From: Leucoraja erinacea
Lineage: Eukaryota
DNA length: 63,737 bases
Assembly (NCBI RefSeq): GCF_028641065.1
Contig: NC_073390.1
Span: forward strand, 27,900,264 to 27,964,000
Direction: 5' to 3'
In this document: in pieces, positions 25,725 through 38,394 of the stretch
Layout: each line of letters starts with the position of its first letter
How positions within the stretch are numbered: position 1 is the first letter of the stretch
Notes under the pieces: generated by a model
Database searches by the model: none
What the model was told of the DNA's origin: nothing
What the model saw: the letters and a program-made list of their open reading frames with translations, nothing else
Translations under genes and position numbers: made by a program

Positions 25725-28700
25725 TTACTGTGCATAAAGTTCTGAAATTTAACTGTGCTGTAGAAAGAATTGTGAAAGCAGCAATCTCTTGTAGGAGATG
25801 GGGTTTATTTATTTATCTTATTTTTTTTAATAGGAAAGGGTTAAAATTACGATTTTTTAAATAGTTGCGTCAAAACATGACTGCAACCTTACACAGGATT
25901 GAACTCTCAAAACAATTTTGTCATCCAAAATATGCCGACTGGTTTCCCATTCTCTGCCGTCAATTGCATTAGACTGCAGCTGGCTACAAATTATCAAAAG
26001 AGGAACTGATATTTGTTTAAACTGCCCTTTAAATTATACCTACAGGCTTATTTACATGTCTGTCCAATAGAAAAGGCAGTCTTATTAGTCACAAATACCA
26101 GATGCGAAAATACTAAGAAAACACATTGGCTAAAAATAATCAATGACCTGTGAGTCAGTTTACCACCCAAATATTTTTAGATTGTGATCATTCTTGGGGG
26201 GAAAAATAGGTTGATATTAGCTATGTATCAGCAGTTCACTCAGTTTCTCATGTTAGTCATTATCATTCACGGTACACATATCTTTATGATGTTTTGAACG
26301 TGCCACACTGATGTCAACCATTAGATTGATTCCTTGTGGGTTTTCTCCCTTTCTAACAACGTATTTTAGCTCCATTAGATGTTTTGCCATCTATTTTGCG
26401 ATAACAGTGAATACAATGTTTTGTAGAATTCATCAGTAGTAAGCTTTAAAACATGTTCTCAGTTGAAGAATGTTTACAATAGCAAATAATAAAATTTAAA
26501 AATCAGAATTACATTATCACTAGTAAAAATGGAATTAGGGACTTGTTATTTGACTTATCCACGTACATTCCCCAAATTACTGAAATCCCAAATTGTAAAT
26601 AACTCCATTATTTCTCTTTCCATTACTATACTTCCAGTTGTAGATTGTCCAACCTACATATCATTTAAATACAAGTTATTCTTGATACCTGTTCTGCTTG
26701 CTTCCATTTTCTCTTTCCAGGTTCTAACACTACTGTTCTTTGGCATGTTTTCATACATTATCAGTACCTTTTGGTATGTAAATGATTCCCTGAATGGAAT
26801 CCCATAGTAACCATCATTGTAGGCATACAATGTTAGTTTTTGTTAATCTTTCACATGTGGTTAGGTGCCTTCTTAATTGGAATAAAATTGGTTTTCACTT
26901 CTTTGCAGCATTTCAAATGTCTTTTTGTGGAAAGCTGATCAAACCAATACACAGCAGTGTGGTGAATTATAAAAAATATATAGAGGAATGGTGCCATTAG
27001 TATGTTCAATCAGCAAGCTCTGTGATTGTGAGTTTTGGGCCAATCAATACAAAATATTTTCCAACCAATTTATACAAATAATCTGAACGACATTAACTGT
27101 ATTAGGGCTATGCATTTCCAATCTTAATATTGTATGTGAGCAGTTAAAAGGGAATTGCAGGCAGCTGCATTCCTCCTCTTTCTCCTCTGGCTTGGAGAAA
27201 CATTTTCTGCTTTGAATACTTATGTAATGCACAGAGACCCAGCCAGGTCTGGAAAGATTATTTGCCTTCTGGAAGATGATCAAAAGCAATCCATTCTCCC
27301 TGGCAGCCTTGATAATCCAATGCCTGATGTAGGAAAGATTTATATCACTACAATGCAAAATTAGTGATGAACTAGCTGGGATCTGAAGCAACTGAGATTT
27401 ACCCCACTCAGCTTGCTTAAACCAATTGGTTAATGGGTAGAATATTTCCAGTCAAAAAGGAGTGCAGAGTTTATATACAATGATCTGCATATGTTTTGCT
27501 GGTTAAATTATAGACATAGTCCTGCATACAAGTTATAGTCCCACAGGCTCAATTTTCCACCCACACTAAAGCTCCACGGACTTAAGTAGAATGTCCTCTG
27601 TTGGATAAAAGTTGCTGCATTATGCAAGACAAACAGGATTTACATGTGTAGGTTTTTCCAGGAGTTTAATGTCTAGATTCTTCTCCACTTGACAAGTTTC
27701 CATGTGAAAGGCACAACTAGAAGTGGAAGGCTATGTCCAATTGACCAACAGATTCTATCAATCACCTGCAGGAAGCTTGTAGATGTTACAGAACTAAAGG
27801 CATAACATGCAAGTCTGAAAAACCTATAAACATTTATTTTGCACATTCACAATCTCTAAACTTTACCGCTTAACCCAAGAATTTTGGTCAGTTATTAGTT
27901 ATGCCAGCCATTTTGTGTTATTCTTTATTCATGATGGTAAGACTGAGTTCATATTTATGTTCAAGAGGAAAAACTGGTATACATTTTATTTTGGTTTTAA
28001 AATCTTTCTTCAATACTGAATAGGCTTAAGAATTCTTAAAAATATTCAAATGTATATATATATATATCACAAAACAAGTAATATAAGGTGTACACACTGA
28101 CAACAGTGGTTTAAAATATCACATTCTTGAAACGTGGGCTCTTTGGTTTACAAATTCTAACTTCAATGAGATACCTTTGAGTCTGTAAACCCTGCCACAT
28201 AATCCTTTCACTGGATAATCCTTTATGAAAGTATCAAATGGTTCTAAAAACCATAATATTGCACAATAAATGGACATTCCCATTTTCTTAAAACATCTTT
28301 TGTTGAAGTATAAAGTTTTTTTACCACTATCACAATCATATCATTTCAGAAATCAGTACATCCCAGTAATGATCAATTCTCTGTCATACCAAGATTTGCG
28401 AACCTATTTTTTTTTCTGAAGAACTTTTAACATTAGATTAACACCAAATCTACAATAATAGTTGCATGCATGTTTATTCTGCATAACTGCAAATGAGGTG
28501 CGTTGCTGGTACCTTCCTGGGTCCACAGAGAGCAATGGTTGCTTTGGTTAATGTTCCCTTCAGTACAGAGACTTGCAATTGCAATATCATTGCTCCATTG
28601 TCAGAACAGAGCTATGCGCACCCAGCTTCAATGTACTGGTATCCCGAGTGTGTAGAGATTAAACAATTTCCTAAAGCCAATGCTTATAGCTGTTATTTCA

Positions 28701-29096
28701 ATGTGGTGATTTCAAAAAAAGGGTTAAGAATTTTTGCAATAACTCCCAGTTCCCTAATTTCAACAAGAATCCCTATATATTTTCATGTCATTCCCATTCA
28801 CACAAAGTTGACCCTGGAATGGATCGCCAATCTTATGAAATAGAAATTACTGTGGTCCAAATTGTATATCATAGCTTAGTCAGTTGCAGAAGCCTTCAAT
28901 GTCCAAATAAGGATAATTTACCTGGAAATTAAATGTTGAAAACCTCAGTTTTCATTAAACCAGCTGTAGGAATGAAATAAATCAAAGCATCCCCCTAACA
29001 CACTCATGGTCCAGCAACAAATTTAGGGAAATTATATAAAATTGCAAAAGTGTGAACAAAAAGCACGAACGTGTAGGCAAGTGAGCAGATCTAGCT

Positions 29097-29136
29097 TCAT
29101 TTCTTTTTCCTTTCTTGGGTACATCGTGGACAGAAC
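29097..29136 (-). CDS. ING5: Inhibitor of growth protein 5, last coding exon 8
   Basis: acag|G TTC TGT CCA CGA TGT ACC CAA GAA AGG AAA AAG AAA TGA, giving (W)FCPRCTQERKKK*. Confidence 0.93.
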
Positions 29137-29253
29137 CTGTACACAAACAACAATGCTATAAAAACAGTTTATTTAATGTGTCTAGTATTGAATTCTTCAG
29201 CATTTCCATCCCTCAAATTTAAGAAATTCCTTAATCTCATTCCTAACTGCCTT

Positions 29254-29254
<1 letters not shown>

Positions 29255-29334
<80 letters not shown>
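29255..29334. repeat. 80-bp poly(C) homopolymer in ING5 intron 7
   Basis: Seen directly. The length may be an assembly artefact. Confidence 0.8.
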
Positions 29335-29699
29335 ACAAGATTAAGGAATTCCTTCATTCAGCACATTATGAATCTTTCAAATTCTCTACCTCAGAAGCAC
29401 AGTCATTGAGCACATACAAGACAGTGATCATCTGATTTTGCAAAATATGTCTATGGGATTTTGGCCGAACTTTGCAAAAGGCAGAGTAGGCTCAAAAGAC
29501 TGTGCAGCCTATTCTATGATTTAAGACTGTAGCTCACATTGCTTCTAATAGTGGCTATGCACCAAGAATGTTTTGCCAACAGGATCAGTCTTACTGTGGC
29601 CAAAAAAAACCTGTCTTCCAATGTTTGTGAATGTTTTGTCATAGATCTTCCAATTTCTAAGAAAGCTGTACAATATTTACGCTGTCCAACCTTACTTAC

Positions 29700-29761
29700 C
29701 ATTTCCCCTTTGGTTTTGTTGCGAGGTCCACGCAAGCAAAATGAAACCATTCAATTGGGCA
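29700..29761 (-). CDS. ING5: ING5 exon 7 (62 bp, PHD finger)
   Basis: gatag|TGC CCA ATT GAA TGG TTT CAT TTT GCT TGC...AAA TG|gtaag. Encodes CPIEWFHFACVDLATKPKGKW. Confidence 0.96.
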
Positions 29762-30633
29762 CTATCAGTAATAAAACAAAAAAAAAACATCCATGACTCA
29801 AATGTCAGAATATGTACCACATTCCTAGACATACCAAAATAATTATTTCAAGTCTGTATTAAATAGTTCACACAGCAAACGTCTATTGCTAATTTTATCA
29901 AATTAAAATTTGATTTTTCGGTATTAAGCCTTCAGAATTAATGAACAGTCTCATAGCATTTACTGTGGTACTTAAAATCCATCAGTAAACACATATAGTT
30001 GGTTGATTGGAGATAGCCAGATCGAGAGAAACTGCATACAACCTCATAGCACACAGCTGTGGAACATCTAGTGTTAAGAACAACATCTGCACAAGGCTAT
30101 GAAAATTAATCCTTTGTTCACATACTTGGTGGCAGATTGATACATCAGAAAGGAGGGAAAATCATCAAAAAATCCTACAAAGAAGAGGGAATGAGGGCAC
30201 AGCTAGAAAAAGAAAATGGCTGGGCCAACCATTTATTCAGATTGGTCAGGTGGCAATCACTCCTCCCTCTCAATAGTCTCCAACAGATGGTGCCACATTA
30301 AAACTAAGGTGTTACTTTTGCAAAGTAGGAATAGGAATACTTTATTGTCACATGTGACTAGGCACAGTGAAATTCTTTGCATGCATACACAATATAACTT
30401 CAAGGGATCTCATTATAAGCAAATATGGTTATAAAAACAAAGACAGTTTAAACAAGTCATACACAATTGACACTAGAAAATGCTAATCCGGTTTTCTTAT
30501 AACCCTATATGCTCCAAACAATTTAATTCAATAAGTTTGATACTCTGCCACCGTATCTCCAAGTATAATCATTAATTCACAATATATCCAATAAAATTAA
30601 AAATCCTTCAAAATCAAAATCAAACACACTTAC

Positions 30634-30769
30634 ATCTGGGTTATCGCAACCAATCATTTCTCCATACGAAACCTGGTGACACAAACAGTAGGTGGGTTCA
30701 TTGGGATCAACCGGCATGTCCAAAACATCAGATGGGTGCATTTTCAAAATGGAGTCAGAGTATTCTGCC
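30634..30769 (-). CDS. ING5: ING5 exon 6 (136 bp, PHD finger)
   Basis: tctag|G GCA...CCA GAT|gtaag. Encodes [45 protein letters not shown]. Confidence 0.96.
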
Positions 30770-30849
30770 CTAGAAAAGGAAGAATACAATTACAGAATAA
30801 ATAAAAGTTGATTTGAATTATATTTTCTGTTTAACACTTCAGTGACTGA

Positions 30850-31655
30850 TGGAGAAACTCAGCGGGTGAGGCAGCATCTATGGAGCGAAGGAAATAGGCG
30901 ACGTTTCGGGTCGAAACCTTCAGACTGATGTGGGGATGGGGGGCAGGAAGAAGAAAGGAAGAGGCGGAGACAGTGGGCTGTGGGAGAGCTTGGCAATCGC
31001 TTCGCCCAACACCTCTGCTCGGTTCACAATTTTTTTTTTTTTTTAAATTTCAAAATAGACTTTATTCAATTGATAAATATATACAATTCCTGAACCATTC
31101 AAACAAACAAAATTCATCCGACATTTTCGGAGACTATGCAAGTTTTTTCCAGTACAATTTTTTACATTTGTCAAATTTCACCAAACAGTCCCCCACCCGT
31201 GCCACTCTGTGGTCCCTGCTCGGTTCACAATAACCAACCTGATCTCCCAGTGGCTCAGCATTTCAACTCCCCCTCCCATTCCGAATCCAACCTTTCTGTC
31301 CTGGGCCTCCTCCATGGCCAGGGTGAGGTCCACCGTGAATTGGAGGAGCAGCACCTCATATTTCGCTTGGGTGGTTTACACCCCAGCGGTATGAACATTG
31401 ACCTCCAATTTCAGGTAGTCCCTGCTTTCTCCTTCTTTCCAGTCCCCTTCCCAGCTCTCCCACAGCCCTTTGTCTCCGCCTTTTCCTCTCATCTTCCTGC
31501 CCCCCCCCCCCCCCCCCCACATCAGTCTGAAGCAGGGTCTAGACACGAAACGTCACCTATTTCCTTCGCTCCATAGATGCTGCCTCACCCGCTGAGTTTC
31601 TCCAGCATTTTTGTCTACCTTCGATTTTTCAGCATCTGCAATTCCTTGTTAAACA
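30850..31655 (+). mobile_element. Penelope-like element with inverted tail, containing an antisense L1-type 3' end (31031-31215)
   Basis: PLE peptide PVAQHFNSPSHS..EEQHLIFRLG. Inverted copy of the tail at 30850-30990. The nested poly(T)-started insert is flanked by the 16-bp TSD CTGCTCGGTTCACAAT (31015-31030, 31216-31231). Confidence 0.7.
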
Positions 31656-32624
31656 GTTCCTTCTTATAATTGCACGTATCAATAGATGCGATTGCATTAC
31701 AATTTAAATGGCCACCTGCAGTGAAGCTGACAGACTGAAGAGACAATGGTGTCTGATTACTGCGGGGAGGTTACACGGAAAAAAAATGTTTTCCCCCCCC
31801 AAGACAGTTTTTTTTCTGCTCGTCACTTTCCAAAGCAACTTTTAAGTGGTTTTCTAGTTCCCGATAGTGATATAACTAATTTGGCCTGCATAATGCCTCA
31901 TTCATCAATTACATTATGTCCAATTTGGGCTATGGAAACAGGAGTTGGAGTAGAACTACCTGTGTGCGCAAGCAGAAGTGTGCAATAATCCGATCAACCC
32001 AAAGCAATCTCAAACTCAATCTGCCCCACTGTGACAGACTCTGCTGATCCTGCATAAAAATCTTCCTTATCATTATCAGACTACTATCATTGTGATAACG
32101 CCTCCGGAAAGTATGAACAGGACTAACTGGCTGAAACTGATATGGTACTGTAAGTATACAGAATTCTATAAATTACTATCAATAGCACATTAATAAAATT
32201 TCTGAACAGTATTCTGAACCCAGACCCTTTAGATGTTATTGCACCCCGCATTCTACTGTCTTATTCAAGACCATACTGATACAATAATACCACTGTTTAT
32301 TCTGATGCACAGAAAGTTCTTCAAACACATAGACCGTGATTTAAAGTAATTGATCTGAAGAGAGATACCATAGACTTATTAGGAAGTAAATTAGAAGTAA
32401 CATTTCAGGAATATAAACAGCATAATCTGATGATTTCCACCTCATACATGCTAATCTTTAATAAAACAGTATATGAGACGAGAAGGTATTTAAGATTCAG
32501 ATATCTCTAATAATTCACATTGAAGTTCAACATCCCAGGAACCCTTTTCAAATTATAGAATAGGTGAGGTTGGAGAGATTTATGGAGATGAAACATGAAA
32601 ATCAACATGTCATATGTAACCTAC

Positions 32625-32715
32625 CCTGATTTCTGCTTCTTCTTCTTTGGAACATCTTCTTCAGCTCGTCTACCACGGCCTCTGGACCCTCTTTTGTCTT
32701 TTTGCCCTCTGCCTT
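32625..32715 (-). CDS. ING5: ING5 exon 5 (91 bp, NLS region)
   Basis: tttag|AA GGC...TCA GG|gtagg. Encodes GRGQKDKRGSRGRGRRAEEDVPKKKKQKSG. Confidence 0.92.
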
Positions 32716-33481
32716 CTAAATGGAAAATATTTGCAGGTAAGAGGCTAAATATAGACAAATATGTAGCTCCATTTCACTCCGTTTCTGCATTATGAACTTC
32801 CCCTTTTCATACAAGAAGATAAAGCAAACCAAATACTTTGGAAATATATTGCTGGCCCTTCACTTTTGATGGATCTAAATCTTGAACTTCTTGCCCAATA
32901 GCACTGTGCTATACCTCCAGAATGACTTTAGCGGTTCAAGGTGACAGATCACCACCAGCCTCCTCAGAGCAATTGGGCTGGGGCAATAAACACTGGCCTA
33001 GCCAGCCATGCCAAGATTCTGAAAATGATAGTTAAGTAAAGAACAGAGGTAGAGAAGAGATAATGGGGTATCATAGATAAAAGAACAAAATAGGCACAGT
33101 ATGTTAAAGATAGTGGCACAAACACAAAAATAGTGCGTGGACAAGAAATAAAATATTGACATAAACGTGATGTAAACAACCACCTCAGAATTATTACTGT
33201 TAATTGCTGCCTAAATGGGAATGGAATGGGAAAGACTTCCAGTTTTCAAGACTTACATATGCTATGGAATCAATGCACTTTACTGGAGTTAAGTTCATTA
33301 AAATCAAATAATGAAACACAATAGGCCACAATAGTCTCAGAGGGACTGAAAGGATTTTTATATTTCTGTACACACAATTAAAACTAGTCTAAATTTCAAA
33401 ATAATTATATACAACAAACCAACTACTAGCATTACTTGTGTAGGAAGGAACTGCATATGCTGGATTACTAGCATTACTTAC

Positions 33482-33593
33482 TCTTACTACCTCTGCCTCC
33501 CGTGTTCTCATAGTCACTGGATTCCAACTTTTCCTTCAGATCAGCTTCAAATCTGGCCAGTTCAGCATCCAGCCGCCTGATGTGTTTATCAAC
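33482..33593 (-). CDS. ING5: ING5 exon 4 (112 bp)
   Basis: ttcag|GTT GAT AAA CAC...AAG A|gtaag. Encodes [37 protein letters not shown]. Confidence 0.95.
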
Positions 33594-35791
33594 CTGAAAT
33601 AACATACAAATTAATAGCAATATCTACAAGACATCTGAAATGTACACATATTCAAATATACATCACTGTGCCAAAGCACGTACAATAAGAGCTTTAATCA
33701 AAATAATCTGGGAGTAGGTGGGAAATATCACACGGTTTGGACACTCAGTTCTTGGCCCAATAATGTGGCACAAATGTTACTGCACCCAAGATTCTTGCTG
33801 GTTTGTTTAAAATTTTACATCTCTGACTCAGAGAAACATACTTTTTTTTAAGGCATTGATGCTTCCTACACAGCTAGACTTAACTGACAGTTTTCAATCT
33901 ATGTCTAATCTAAGCAAACCAGTACAATTTTGTCACGCCACCTTTGATTCTGAGCTGTCCTGAGAACTGAAAAGGCAATTGCTTTGAAACAGTGTTGCAG
34001 AAAACAGAAAGTGAATAAAGATGAAGTGAATAGCTGCTACTCTATTCAGCAGGAGAAATGTTGATGCCGAGATAAACGTACTATATCTCTAATTATTTGT
34101 GACCTGTCTGCTTAGCATAATGTTGTTTTTACTATTTCCAAACAGTTTTAATGTGTCAATTTAAAAGTTTTCCACTGAATATCTGACTACCCACATTCCC
34201 CTCCTGGCCCCCCCTGTTAATTGACAACATTATTAATTTTCTCTCGTCAGATTTTGTCTATTTCTTGCAGACTGACAATATAATCCCTCATCACGAATTA
34301 ACACTTTACCTCATTTCACTTAATTCCCATATCTAATCTCCATTACCTGTACACTATCTTCTTAATTCACACCAAGCCTTTTTTGAACTCATTGGCTGAA
34401 TCTCTCTATTCAAGTTTAAGCCCCAATTGCAAGACTAAAATAAGCCTTATCAAAATTTCGATTGAGCCTGTATGTAATCCTGATACAGGTAACTGAAGCC
34501 TCCTCTTTCTTCTTCTCTGCTTTCAATCTTTATTTAAATGACTGGAACTTCCTCCTCCAAAGCATATTGGCCATCCATCTGGGTGGGATTGCAGTCATAT
34601 GATTCCATTCTTATTTATGCTGCCAGATAATCACTGCAATGGCTTCCCTTCCCACACCTCTGGCTTCTCTTCCCACGCCTGCCATATCTCTGCTGCCTAC
34701 CAAACCTGAAATATCCTGTACCTCGCCCATCTATTTCTCATCAGTAGCTCTCCCCTCAACATCATCTGATTAACACCGTATCAGGTTACAAATGCAGTGA
34801 TGACATTCTGCTCTACCTCATGGCCATTCAAGCGAAAATGTCCTACCAAATTACTATTTGTTTAACATCCACTACTACAAGAGTAGAAATTTTATAGCCA
34901 CAGAAGGGAAGAAAAACAAAACAAATACAACAGCACATGTTACAATTCCATTCTGGAGCCACCCACTATCCCTCACCTTGGCAACCATTTGATTGAACCA
35001 GGCAGTTTTTACCCTGGTGTTATACATTGCCATACATTCACAATCCAATTGCACAATTGCTTTAGCTCAACTACTGGTATAACACTCATCCAGGGCTTTT
35101 CCTCTCGATTAACTAACCAATGCACTCTTAGCATCCCCCCTCACTCAACCTTCCATGAACTACGATAAGTTAAATAAAAATCTTCTGCTTCCCCCCCTGC
35201 CCCTTGTCCTAACTCAGTTCACCCATTAACTCCATTCTTGCTGACCTGAATTAGTTGTCAATTAAGCAACATTGTGCTTCTAAAATTCTCATAATCACTG
35301 ATGCTTTCAAATTCTTACAAGGTCTTGTCCTTCCCCATCTCTGTATTCTCCTCCAACCCTACAACTCCTTAGGATATGAATACGTTTCAATTCTGGCCTG
35401 AATCATATCTGAATTTTATCATTCTCATTACTGCTATGATTTTAGCTGTCGATCCCCCAGGCTTTTGAAAGTCTTCCCTACATCTCTTTTCTTGTATAAA
35501 TTGCTTCGTAAAACTTGTAATTTTAATCGGGCTTAATATCTCCTTGTGCATGTCAAATTTTGTTTACAGCGCTCTTGTAAATGCTCAGAAAATGTGTGTA
35601 GGCATTACACTCATGAAATCTGCTTTTTTTCTGTTTCATGTAATGTCTGTTAGGACTTGGGAAAATGCCAGATACAGACCTCTTATATTAAGGAAGTATT
35701 CCTTAAGGTTTTTATCATTGCATGTTCCATGATTAAATCATTGGCCATCAAATCCTGTACTTTCGAAGATTTTGTACGTGGTAGCTATTTA

Positions 35792-38308
35792 CAGTAAAAC
35801 TCAGATAATCTGGCACCTCAGGGGTTTGGTGGTGCTGGACGAGCAGATTTTCCGGACCATTGTATGTTACACCAACACGCTTTTATTTCACTTTTTTTTT
35901 TCACGTTACACAGTAGCATAATATTTGTAATACAGTAAATACATATACTTTATCTAATTTAATGTGGGCTACATAATATTGTAATACTGTACTGATTTGC
36001 CATAATAAAGTAATGATAGTAAAGCAATAAATTCCATATAATGTACAGCACCACGGTCTACTCACCAATATTGTAGAGATGACTTCAGAAGTTATCCATG
36101 GCAGCATATTAGTATGAAACTTATTTAACAGCATTTAAACAATAGTGTATACTGTACTTATCCATCAATCACAACTTAAACTATTTTCAGTTCATAATAA
36201 GTTACAGTACTGTGATCATACATAAAAATACACATTTTCAGTTCTGCTTAATGTACAGTACTGTACTTATAAAATAGAGAAAATTTAAATCCTTCAAACC
36301 AGCTGCACTACTATATCAGCCGCAAGCAATTGGTCATCAAGGTTGTCTTCAATATTCAGTCTTAGGCTCAATATCAGAAACAATAATTAGATCTGGTGTA
36401 GAAGAAGTCGAAGGAGTAGGGCTACATGGACCTGCTTTCTTGATTGCTTTCTTGAACATGTCTCTGAGGTCTGCCTGTTTATTTGATGCTGCTTTTTTCT
36501 CATAGAAATTGTTCAGTATAATATGCAAGTTCATTACTTCTGCAGCACTGTACTGGCTGTTGTACTCTGCAAATTCCACAAACTTTGTTATAAATTCTGT
36601 AGCCTGATGCCAGGTGTATCTAGTTCCTCCTTCTTGTCCCTCATAATTTTCCTCTTCTTCCATTACCTTGACCTTATTAAGATTAAAATCCATGTCAATT
36701 ATCTGTGCATCTGTTACAATTTCAACTACTTCTGGGTCCCCATCTTCATCAAACCATTCCTCCATTTCTTCTTCTGTAAGTTTGCTGACAGGATTCTCAG
36801 TTGGAGCCTCTTCCATTATTTTCAAAATGTCTCCGAGTCCAGTTTGTCTAGCACTGATTCCCTCAAACTCTTCTTCCTTTAAATAATATCGCCCAAATTT
36901 TACACTAGGCCATATTTTCCTCCACGATCTTTGCAAGATGATACTTGAGACATCCTTCCATGCTAAAGCTGCAGCATAAATAGCATCTTTAAGATTAAAT
37001 GAAGCTTGAAAATCTTGTACAATGCAATTAGAATTCAGCAATTTGCGAATGAAAGATCCCTTGTAAGCAGTTTTGAATCTCTGAATTACCCCCTGATCCA
37101 TTGGTTGGATGAGTGATGTGACACTGGCAGGCAGATACTCAGCAGAAATATTGCCACAAACAAGTTCTGAAGCAGGATGATGTGCCTTACAATTATCTAT
37201 TAGAAGAATAGCTGTACTATCTTCAGGCAAGCCCAGCCTTTTAAAATTTTCTTTGACCTCTGGAACAAAATGATGAAAAAACCACTCTTTGAAGAGCTCC
37301 GCAGTCATCCGGGCATTTTCTTGAGCATCATAGACAACGGGTAAATAAGTGATACCATTGAAAGCTCTAGATTTCTTGTATTTACCAACAACAAAAAGTT
37401 TCAGTTTATGTCTACCAGAAGCATTACCACAAACAAGGACTGCGATCCTGTCCTTATTTCGTTTAAAACCCTGAGCACATTTTTCATCTCCACCATCTAA
37501 CATACTGTTTGGCAAACAGCGCCATAATAGCCCTGTTTCATCCGCATTGTAAACTTGGTCGGGTGACAATTTATGTTTCTGAATTAACGGCTTAAAAAAT
37601 TCACCAAAGTCCTCTGCAAATGTATGATTAGCTGACTTGGGCTCTCCTGAAACAGACGGCTTACGAATACCATGACGATCTTTAAAGTTACGAAGCCAAC
37701 CTTCAGAAAATGCGCATTGCTCAGTTAGCTTCATTTCCTGATGAAAGTCTTTTGCTTTTTCAATGAGCATAGGTCCAGTTATTTGCTTCCCTTCAGAACG
37801 CTTAGTAAGAAACCACTTATACAAAGCGGAATCTAACTGAGACAACTTTGGCTTTTTCAAGGTATGCCGTGCATCAATTCCTTTAGTGGTATCAGACTCA
37901 GCTAGAAATAACTGCAATTCGCCTTTCCGTTTCTTGATGTCATATATTGTAGATGATCCAATGTTGTATTCTCCCATGATAACATGACGATTCTCACCTT
38001 CCTCAAGCCGTTTAATGATCTCCAATTTCTGATGTATTGTTAGAGTCACATGCTTCCTTTTTACACTTTTACCATCCCTACCATCATTACTCATATTAAA
38101 ATCCATTATGAATTGAGGGTGGCTTGAAAAAATAAAGATACGGCGTAAACTAAACAACACTCAGCAATGCACTTGGCATTTGGCAGCGCAGAAAATGTCG
38201 AAACAGACTAGAAAAGACTCATTCAGTTCCTGATGCTAATGAGTGAGCCAGTTGCTGAATAATCAGGACCTCCGAATAATTGGACACCGGATTACCAGAG
38301 TTTTACTG
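35792..38308 (-). mobile_element. Full-length Tigger/pogo DNA transposon (2517 bp) in ING5 intron 3
   Basis: TIRs CAGTAAAACTCAGATAATCTGG and CAGTAAAACTCTGGTAATCCGG (19/22 identical). TA duplications at 35790-35791 and 38309-38310. Contains a transposase ORF. Confidence 0.88.
36349..38106 (-). CDS. Intact Tigger/pogo (TIGD/jerky-like) transposase, 585 aa from the first ATG
   Basis: CENP-B-type HTH pair (KRKHVTLTIHQKLEII...SSTIYDIKK; LDSALYKWF...ITGPMLIEKA...FSEGWLRNFKDRHGI). DDE_1 triad NADETG / LIDNCKAH / QPMDQG with DD32D spacing. C-terminal PIP-like QADLRDMF. No stops or frameshifts. Confidence 0.85.
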   Translation of the reverse strand: MDFNMSNDGRDGKSVKRKHVTLTIHQKLEIIKRLEEGENRHVIMGEYNIGSSTIYDIKKRKGELQLFLAESDTTKGIDARHTLKKPKLSQLDSALYKWFLTKRSEGKQITGPMLIEKAKDFHQEMKLTEQCAFSEGWLRNFKDRHGIRKPSVSGEPKSANHTFAEDFGEFFKPLIQKHKLSPDQVYNADETGLLWRCLPNSMLDGGDEKCAQGFKRNKDRIAVLVCGNASGRHKLKLFVVGKYKKSRAFNGITYLPVVYDAQENARMTAELFKEWFFHHFVPEVKENFKRLGLPEDSTAILLIDNCKAHHPASELVCGNISAEYLPASVTSLIQPMDQGVIQRFKTAYKGSFIRKLLNSNCIVQDFQASFNLKDAIYAAALAWKDVSSIILQRSWRKIWPSVKFGRYYLKEEEFEGISARQTGLGDILKIMEEAPTENPVSKLTEEEMEEWFDEDGDPEVVEIVTDAQIIDMDFNLNKVKVMEEEENYEGQEGGTRYTWHQATEFITKFVEFAEYNSQYSAAEVMNLHIILNNFYEKKAASNKQADLRDMFKKAIKKAGPCSPTPSTSSTPDLIIVSDIEPKTEY

Positions 38309-38394
38309 TACTTTTGAGGGAAAGTCCTGCCTTTTTACTCCAAATCAAAAATGAATGCACCTTAGATTCCCCTGCAGTCCAATAGACCACCCAC

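Noticed and set aside
38107-38160. 603-aa version of the transposase starting at GTG 38160
   Set aside because: Non-ATG start in a eukaryote. The extension is the polypyrimidine tract and acceptor. The first ATG is at 38106.
38107-38394. In-frame ING5-transposase fusion protein
   Set aside because: Both good acceptors (tttag and ttcaag) enter the transposase frame in phase 2, while ING5 exons 1-3 end in phases 1, 1 and 0. Read-through from exon 3 hits TAA after 10 codons.
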